A stretch of DNA of 64,000 nt from positions 363,331 to 427,330 of the forward strand of contig CAVYJM010000011.1 in the NCBI GenBank assembly GCA_963768855.1. Reading direction: 5' to 3'. The notes under the pieces are model-generated. The model was given only the letters and a program-made list of their open reading frames with translations. It ran no database searches and was not told where the DNA came from. The DNA is from an uncultured Thermoplasmata archaeon. Lineage in GTDB: Archaea > Thermoplasmatota > Thermoplasmata > RBG-16-68-12. The first letter of the stretch is position 1. Each line of letters opens with the position of its first letter. Shown piece by piece: positions 57,750 through 64,000 of the stretch. A program made the position numbers and the translations under genes.

Positions 57750-58232
57750 TTGAAGCCTCGTACAAGGAACGACATTGGACGGCTTGGCCACATCCTGGTC
57801 GCGACGGACGGGTCCGAGAACGCCACGCGAGCCGTTCGAGCCGCCATCAACCTGGCGAAGACGTACGGCGCGGAGCTCCTCGTCGTGAATGCGATCCCCG
57901 CGCCGACCGCGCTCATGAGGACGACGAATCCGACGTTTCCCCAGTCAACGGCGGCCCTGGGTGAGTACTACAAGTATTCGAGGGAGGAGGCCGCTCGCGT
58001 GGTGGACGACGCGGTCGCCCTCGCCAAGGAGCAGGACGTCGCGGCCCGCGGAGTGGTCCTCGATCGGCCCGCGTCCCCTGTGGAGTCGATCACCCGCTAC
58101 GCGGAACGAGAGAAGGTCGATCTGATCGTCGTGGGGACCCGAGGCCTCTCGGGATTCCGGAAACTGTTGGTCGGCAGCGTCTCGAGGGGCGTCGTGGACC
58201 ACGCGACGTGCTCCGTCCTGGTTGTCCGGTGA
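57750..58232 (+). CDS. Universal stress protein (UspA family)
   Basis: ILVATDGS, DLIVVGTRG and LVGSVS. Confidence 0.93.
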   Translation: MKPRTRNDIGRLGHILVATDGSENATRAVRAAINLAKTYGAELLVVNAIPAPTALMRTTNPTFPQSTAALGEYYKYSREEAARVVDDAVALAKEQDVAARGVVLDRPASPVESITRYAEREKVDLIVVGTRGLSGFRKLLVGSVSRGVVDHATCSVLVVR

Positions 58233-58384
58233 CGCGACCCGAAACGCACACGCACCGAACCGCGCAACGACGCGCACGGGACCGAAGGACGGAATCACGG
58301 CCTCGGATCGGTCCCGGGACATCATCCCGGCGAAGGTATATCCGCTCAAGGGCCGATGGCGATTCAGCGTAACGGGGGGTTCGG

Positions 58385-58804
58385 ATGATTCGTGGCATCC
58401 ACGGGTTGTTCTTCTCGTCCCGACCCAAGGCGACGCGGGCCTTCCTCCGCGACAAATTGGATCTGCCCGCCACGGACGTCGGGGACGGTTGGCTCGTCTT
58501 TGACGTGCCCGTGGCCGAGGTCGCCGTCCACCCGCAGGAGGACGGCAAGGAGCATGCACCGGGGATGCACGACGTGTCGTTCCTCTGCGACGACCTCCGA
58601 GGCACGGTGGCCGATCTGAAGACCCGGGGCGTGCGGTTCGACGACGAGGTCAAGGAGCAGAGCTACGGTTTCACGATTCACTTCCGGATGCCCGGCGGGA
58701 TCCGCGTGCAGCTCTGGGAGCCCAAGCACGAGATGCGCGCGTCGCGTCGGGGAAGGACCAAGAAGCGTAGCAGGAGTAGCGTCCGAACGTCCCGAATCAG
58801 GTGA
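58385..58804 (+). CDS. VOC/glyoxalase family protein
   Basis: GWLVF, VSFLCDDL..TV..LK.RGV and PGG..VQLWEP. Confidence 0.85.
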   Translation: MIRGIHGLFFSSRPKATRAFLRDKLDLPATDVGDGWLVFDVPVAEVAVHPQEDGKEHAPGMHDVSFLCDDLRGTVADLKTRGVRFDDEVKEQSYGFTIHFRMPGGIRVQLWEPKHEMRASRRGRTKKRSRSSVRTSRIR

Positions 58805-58940
58805 GCTCGCGCCGTCTCCGCGCGCACGGTCTGGGCGGTGCTTCACGAGCCTGGGGGGCGCCCGCCCGAAGGTGGTGTCGGCGGCCGCGCCCGGGGTGCC
58901 CGCGCACCAGCCTTGGAGTCTGAGGTGGCCACGGATCGAC

Positions 58941-59045
58941 CTAGACCGTCCTCGGGCCCACGCACGTGATACCCCGGCTCCTCCGCCTTCGCCGCGCGTC
59001 CCCGGCGTCCACCGGCGATCGTCCGGCAGGCGTCGCAGAAGACGT
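58941..59045 (-). repeat. Dispersed element, copy B
   Basis: 59016-59044 is identical to 59831-59859 (29 nt). Confidence 0.8.
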
Positions 59046-59063
59046 AACCGACATGCCGAGGAC

Positions 59064-59468
59064 CTAGCCGAGGAACCGCACGCCCTCGACGCCGCGGAAG
59101 TGCGGGTCTCCCGTGACGAGGGTCGCGCCCGCCGCCCGTGCGGTCTCGAAGATGATCGCGTCCACGAGACCGAAGTCCTTCCGGCCTTCCGCTCGCATGC
59201 GGTGCTTCGTCTCGCCTGAGCGGACGGCGATCGCTTCGTCCTCGGGGAGAAGGTCCGACATCGCCTTGAGGAAGGTCAAGTCCTTCGGCCAGTCAGGAAT
59301 CCGCTCGCGGAGATACTTGTCGCGGAGTTCCGCCACGACGATGAGGGGCGTGCCGACGAGGTCCGCCTCGAGCTCCCCCGCGACGGACCGTCCCGCGGGA
59401 GTCCCTCGAAAGTACTCGACCCATGCGAAGGAGTCCAGGACCCGGTCGAACCGCGCTTCAGGGCTCAT
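59064..59468 (-). CDS. vapC: PIN-domain (VapC-type) toxin
   Basis: VLDSFAWVEYF, VVAEL, GLVDAIIFETA and LVTGDPHF. Confidence 0.9.
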   Translation of the reverse strand: MSPEARFDRVLDSFAWVEYFRGTPAGRSVAGELEADLVGTPLIVVAELRDKYLRERIPDWPKDLTFLKAMSDLLPEDEAIAVRSGETKHRMRAEGRKDFGLVDAIIFETARAAGATLVTGDPHFRGVEGVRFLG

Positions 59469-59652
59469 GGGACTCGTCCGTGTGAGCGAAGGGCTTCATG
59501 CCGGGGTGCGCGCCGAACCGTTCCAGGGGGGAGCGCCGGGAGCGCTCGACGAGCCGCTCCAGGAGTTCCTCGAACGTCTTCGCCTTCATCCGCTCCTTGA
59601 GGGCCTTGAGCTTCTCGTGCATCTCGCGACTGACTTGGATGGAGGTCTCCAT
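59458..59652 (-). CDS. VapB-type antitoxin
   Basis: METSIQVS.E....LK.LK.....KTFEE; overlaps vapC. Palindromes TCTATAGA (59657-64) and ATGTACAT (59666-73) lie upstream. Confidence 0.85.
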   Translation of the reverse strand: METSIQVSREMHEKLKALKERMKAKTFEELLERLVERSRRSPLERFGAHPGMKPFAHTDESHEP

Positions 59653-59684
59653 GGCGTCTATAGAAATGTACATGGCATCTATAA

Positions 59685-59930
59685 CTACCTTGCGCCGGGA
59701 TGGGCGAATGCGCGTCGGAGGCGGTCAAGGCGACGCTTCCGCTTTCGGACTCCGGGAGCCTGTTCGAGCGTCTTCGGGTCGAGGTACGTGATCCGCCAGC
59801 GCTTGCGGTGCCCGTCCCACGCCTGGACGTCGATCGTCCGGCAGGCGTCGCAGAAGACGACGCGGATCGTGGAGAAGCCATCCTCGACGCGGCCGACGTA
59901 GGCCGTGCCCGTTCCCTGCCTGCCGTGGCC
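59685..59930 (-). repeat. Dispersed element, copy A (most intact; open frame without a start codon)
   Basis: Frame reads GTAYVGRVEDGFSTIRVVFCDACRTIDVQAWDGHRKRWRITYLDPKTLEQAPG...*. Confidence 0.75.
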
Positions 59931-59994
59931 GCCCCGGCCGCCGGAATCCGGACCGCCTCGATGGCTTTAAGCGTGCACCACAGTTGCCTTTCCC

Positions 59995-60493
59995 GTGGCC
60001 GACGCCGTGCTCCTCGTCGTTCGCGCCCTCCATATTCTCTCCGCCATCCTCTGGATCGGCGCCCTCGGTTTTTCCGTGATGGTCCTGCGCCAGGTCATGC
60101 CCCGACTGGGGATGCCCGCGCGGAAGGAAGTCCTGCGGCAGCTCATCCCGGTCGTGATTCGCTTCGTCCCGGTGGCCGCGGTCCTTACGATCGGGTTCGG
60201 CGCCGTCCTCTACCTTCTCCTCGGCGACTTCGATCCGAACGCGCTCTGGGGCACCGAGTGGGGTCGGGTCCTCCTCGGGTCCCTCCTCCTCACGCTCGCC
60301 CTGTTCGCGTTCGGGATCCTCGTGGTCATCCGCGCGTCCCGACGGATCCTGGGCCACCTGAACGAGGAGGCGTGCTACGCACGGTCCCGAGATGGGCCGC
60401 CTCACGAAGACGTTCAACAACGGCCAGGTCGTCGCCTTCGTCTGGGGCGTCGTCATCCTGACTCTGATGGTCGTGGCCACGGAAGGCCTGTAG
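59995..60493 (+). CDS. CopD-like 4-TM membrane protein; frameshift near 60377
   Basis: LHILSAILWIG motif. The last TM (QVVAFVWGVVILTLMVVATEGL*) is in the +1 frame. TTTAAG box 23 nt upstream. Confidence 0.65.
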
Positions 60494-60723
60494 CCCCCGA
60501 CATCCACCCCGCGGCCGGGACGACCTCCACCGTGTAGGAAACCGTGGTTCCCTCGGCCGGTCACACGGTGTCGTCAGGATTGAAAGGCTTCGGACCGCTC
60601 GACCCCCTGCCGCTCCCTGGGTGCTCCCACGCGTATCGAGTGTTCGCATGGATGATAATCACGATTAGGTCGGCCGAAAGGCGACGGAAACGTTCATAGC
60701 CCACGGACCGAGTCGCCCGCTTC

Positions 60724-62469
60724 ATGGCAGGTTGGAGAGGACGCGGGGCGCTAGCCCTCGTCTTGATGCTCGCCGTCACATCCGCAGGTTTCGTATCGCT
60801 GGCCGCATCGTCGGGATCCGTCGGCTCAGCCCCGTCCGTGAGCGTCCGCCCGGAGGCGACTCCGATTGCACGTTCCGCATCCGCCCCACAGCTCCCCACT
60901 CCGGCCGCTGCGTCCGGCTCCCGCTACGCCCTGATGAACTCGGTGACTGTGGGTGCCGCTCCCGCCTCGGTGGCGTATGATTCCGGGAAGGGGGAGACGT
61001 TCGTCGCGAATACGAACTCGGGCAACGTGAGCGTGATCTCGGACGCGGCCGGCACGGTCGTCGCGAGCATCGCGGTCGGTTCGTTCCCCTACGGGGTGGC
61101 CTACGATTCCGCGCGGAACGAGATCTTCGTGGCGAACACCGGATCGGACAACGTTAGCGTGATTTCCGACGCGACGAACCGGGTCGTCGCCTCGGTCGCG
61201 CTGTCCGCGGGCGACTGGCCCACCGGGATCGTGTACGATTCCGGCATCGGCGCCGTCTTCGTCGCGAACGCCGGGTCGGACTCCATCGCCGAGATCTCGA
61301 CCGCGGCGAACGCCGTCAACAACACCCTCTCCATGGGAACGGGTTCCGTCCCGTTCGGGCTGGCGTACGATTCCGGCCTGGGCCAGATCTTCGTATCCCT
61401 GCGCGGCACGGGCCACGTCGCGGTCGTCGTCGACACGTCGCTGGCCATGGCGACCATCCCTGTGGGACAGACCCCGACGGGGGTGGCGTACGACGCCGCC
61501 CGAAGCGAGATCTACGTCGCGAACAACGGTTCGAACACGGTGAGCGTGATCGCCGACGGGAACGACTCGATCGTCGCCACGATCCCCGTCGACTCCCACC
61601 CCCTCGGCATCGCGTATGCGCCCGGGAGCGGCGAGCTGGCCGTCACCTACACCCAGTCGATCCTCTCCACGACGTACGGGATGCTGGGCGTGATCGCGGA
61701 CGGGAACCACACGGTCGTCCAGTCGGTCGGCCTCTACGGGAGCGGCAACCCGGTGTCCGTCGCCTACGACTCGGCCCGGAAGGGCTGGTACGTCGCGGAC
61801 TCGGCCCTGGACCTCCTCATGGTCGTCGCCCGCGGGTACCCCGTGACGTTCACGGAGACCGGCCTGCCGGCGGGGACCCAGTGGCTCCTGTGGTTCAACG
61901 GCACGAGCGGGTTCGGCCCGATCCGGGATGAGACTGCCTCCACCGGGTCCACGACCGTCGTGGTCGCCTCCAACGGAACCTATGCCTTCGCGGTGCCTGG
62001 CACGCGCGGCTTCGCGTCGAGTCCGGCATCGGGATCGATCACGGTGGCGGGAGCCGCGGTGAGCCAATCCATCACGTTCTCCTTCCTGTACGCCGTGACG
62101 TTCACGGAGACCGGCCTGCCGGCAGGGACGAACTGGTCCGTCGCCTTGACCGGGACGGTCAAGAGTTCGAGCACTGCGAGCATCGTCTTCTCCGAGGCGA
62201 ACGGCAGCTACACGTTCGGCGTCGGTGCGGTGAGCGGGTACGCCGCGAGCCCCGGCTCGGGGAATTTCGCCGTGAACGGGACGGCCGCGAGCCAGGCGAT
62301 CAGCTTCGCGCCCTCGAGCTCCGGGACGGACACGGTCCTCTTGATTGGCATCGCGCTGGTGGCCGCGGTGGTCGTCATCGCGGTCGCGGTGCTCCTGATG
62401 CGACGACGCCGAAAGGTCCCTCCCCAGCCCGGCACGCCGCCGACGGAACCGGGCGCGCCGCCGTCCTAG
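60724..62469 (+). CDS. YncE/YVTN beta-propeller surface protein with thermopsin-like C-terminal repeats and TM anchor
   Basis: Repeated P.GVAYDS....IFVAN..S.NVSVI blades, two VTFTETGLPAGT.W units, and a C-terminal TM with RRRRK. Confidence 0.9.
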   Translation: MAGWRGRGALALVLMLAVTSAGFVSLAASSGSVGSAPSVSVRPEATPIARSASAPQLPTPAAASGSRYALMNSVTVGAAPASVAYDSGKGETFVANTNSGNVSVISDAAGTVVASIAVGSFPYGVAYDSARNEIFVANTGSDNVSVISDATNRVVASVALSAGDWPTGIVYDSGIGAVFVANAGSDSIAEISTAANAVNNTLSMGTGSVPFGLAYDSGLGQIFVSLRGTGHVAVVVDTSLAMATIPVGQTPTGVAYDAARSEIYVANNGSNTVSVIADGNDSIVATIPVDSHPLGIAYAPGSGELAVTYTQSILSTTYGMLGVIADGNHTVVQSVGLYGSGNPVSVAYDSARKGWYVADSALDLLMVVARGYPVTFTETGLPAGTQWLLWFNGTSGFGPIRDETASTGSTTVVVASNGTYAFAVPGTRGFASSPASGSITVAGAAVSQSITFSFLYAVTFTETGLPAGTNWSVALTGTVKSSSTASIVFSEANGSYTFGVGAVSGYAASPGSGNFAVNGTAASQAISFAPSSSGTDTVLLIGIALVAAVVVIAVAVLLMRRRRKVPPQPGTPPTEPGAPPS

Positions 62470-62584
62470 GCACGGGCCCGACGGCCGGAGGACCGCGGGC
62501 CCTTCGGGCCCCGTGCGGCTTCGCGAGGGCGCCCCGCAGGCGATCGAGCCTTCGCCGCCCGGGTCCGGCTTTGGAATCCCGCCC

Positions 62585-62635
62585 GCGCGTCTTCGGGTCG
62601 AGGTACGTGATCCCCCAGTCCCTGCTTCCTCGTCA
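62585..62635 (-). repeat. Dispersed element, copy D
   Basis: 62587-62613 is identical to 59768-59794 (27 nt). Confidence 0.8.
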
Positions 62636-62664
62636 GGGGATGGAGCATCGTTCGTCCGGGTTCA

Positions 62665-62991
62665 TCAGGCGCTGGCCCTTCCTTTAGGCTTCCTGCTTCG
62701 CGCCCGAGCTCCTCTCTCGGACTGGAGGACCTTCTCTAGCCCTCGGAGGTTCGTTCGGAAGTACACCAGGTCGGAATGAAACATCTCCACGCCTCGGGTC
62801 AGGCGCGAGAACTCGTGGGAGAACTCTCCGGACCCCGAGAGCCGTTCCAGGGACGCCACGTGGTCCAGGAGCGGATCGATCCTCAGTTTGACCCAATCGG
62901 TTCCCGAACCGAGACGGGAGAAGTCCTCTCTCAATTCCTCAAGATGTTGCCTGATCGCGGGCAAGTCCTTCTTGTAGACTCGATCGACCAC
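62665..62991 (-). CDS. Hypothetical protein
   Basis: GAGGTGAGG RBS before GTG 62991. Amphipathic helical sequence. Confidence 0.55.
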   Translation of the reverse strand: MVDRVYKKDLPAIRQHLEELREDFSRLGSGTDWVKLRIDPLLDHVASLERLSGSGEFSHEFSRLTRGVEMFHSDLVYFRTNLRGLEKVLQSERGARARSRKPKGRASA

Positions 62992-63008
62992 GTCCTCACC
63001 TCGAGCCT

Positions 63009-63872
63009 CTATCGCGCCGGGGCCGGCTGCAGCCCGCACAACCGCTCGCTGGCCTCCCAGAGGAGGCGGGCGAGCTCCGGGTCCTCCGCATCCGCCTTGG
63101 GCGCCTCCGTGTGGCGCTTCGTGAAGTACTGCCCGCTCCAGCCGTCCGTCTCCGGCAACGACGCGAGCCAGACGATCGTGTCCGCGCCCTGGTCGGGCGT
63201 GAGCATGAACGGCCAGGCGATGCGGGCTCCGAGGCGCATTCCACGGCCCCCTCGGGACCAGTCCGTCCGGACCGCGCCCGGGTGCACGGCGAAGGCGGAG
63301 ACCCCCGTCCCCGCGAACCGCCGCGCGAACTCCTTCGTGAACAGGATTTGCGCGAGTTTCGCCTGCCCGTATGCGCGGATCCCGCTCCACCGGCGTTCCC
63401 GGTTCAGGTCGTCGAAGTCGATCCGTCCCATTTGGTGGCCGTTCGAGGAGACGTTGATGACCCGGGACGGCGCGCCCTTCCGCAGGGTGTCCATCAGGAG
63501 GTTCGTCAGGAGGAAGTGGGAGAGGTAGTCGACCTCCCAGGTGCGCTCGAAGCCATCGTCCGTCACGGTGCGCCTCGACGTGTAGATCCCCGCGTTGTTG
63601 ACGAGGACGTGGAGCCGATCGTGCGCGGACGTGAACTCGGCCGCGAACCGCCGCACCGACGCGAGGCTCGCGAGGTCGAGGGGCATCACGGACACGTTGC
63701 GGTTCCCCGTCGCCCGCTCGATCTGCTGCCGCGTCGCCTCGCCGGCATCCGGGCGGCGACACGCCAGGACCACGGTCGCGCCCATCCCCGCCAGGGCGCG
63801 GGCGGCGGCGTTCCCGATGCCCTTGTTGCCGCCCGTGACGATGCACACCCGTCCGTCGAGGGAAGAGGCCAT
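63009..63872 (-). CDS. SDR family oxidoreductase (paralog of 52724)
   Basis: TGGNKGIG, NNAG and YGQAK. Confidence 0.93.
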   Translation of the reverse strand: MASSLDGRVCIVTGGNKGIGNAAARALAGMGATVVLACRRPDAGEATRQQIERATGNRNVSVMPLDLASLASVRRFAAEFTSAHDRLHVLVNNAGIYTSRRTVTDDGFERTWEVDYLSHFLLTNLLMDTLRKGAPSRVINVSSNGHQMGRIDFDDLNRERRWSGIRAYGQAKLAQILFTKEFARRFAGTGVSAFAVHPGAVRTDWSRGGRGMRLGARIAWPFMLTPDQGADTIVWLASLPETDGWSGQYFTKRHTEAPKADAEDPELARLLWEASERLCGLQPAPAR

Positions 63873-64000
63873 GCAGCGGAACCCACCCCGGGCTCGGATA
63901 AGAAGGTTGGCGGTAATCGCCTCCGGGGGACCGTCGCCTCCCGGATTCCGGTCCGCCGCCGGACCCTCGGCCTCGCACAGTGAGGAACGATCTTGCTGCG

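Noticed and set aside
41565-63000. Integron-like cassette array
   Set aside because: Genes have mixed orientations and their own promoters. The repeats are not palindromic attC-like sites, and no integrase is present.
63935-63965. Possible further copy of the dispersed element's 5' part
   Set aside because: About 16 of 20 nt match in GC-rich, self-complementary sequence, which is plausible by chance.

Overview
High-GC archaeal chromosomal DNA, most likely Thermoplasmata (inference from DUF835 and RAD55/KaiC proteins, archaeal FtsZ, ATP-dependent ligase, NcsA/TtuA, thermopsin-like repeats, DUF1616/DUF981, and TATA-like boxes about 24-25 nt upstream of start codons). The left third has housekeeping genes (ncsA-like, purA, lig, purB, serS) mixed with a signalling-rich cluster at about 6.0-14.4 kb. 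That cluster encodes a KaiC/RAD55 ATPase, a 7TM-DUF835x2 receptor, an RHH regulator, a divergent cis-prenyltransferase-fold enzyme, two 7TM receptors ending in a conserved longin/roadblock-like domain that also occurs on a response regulator at 140-976, and two geranylgeranyl-reductase-like flavoproteins. It is the best candidate for an undescribed system: possibly synthesis and sensing of a small isoprenoid signal, without a kinase output. The middle holds surface and glycan genes (GNAT-ProDH-Fn3 fusion, GT-C, gmd, a 1525-aa Ig-repeat protein). The right 28 kb is an accessory patchwork (two VapBC-type modules, a PD-(D/E)xK nuclease, transporters, SDRs, C39 peptidase, ftsZ, beta-propeller surface protein). 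It is punctuated by at least five same-strand degenerate copies of an unannotated element with coding ancestry. Several genes show single frameshifts, an in-frame stop, or no canonical start, which may be assembly errors. I found no rRNA, complete tRNA, CRISPR array, integrase or transposase. All family assignments come from motif recognition by eye, not database searches.
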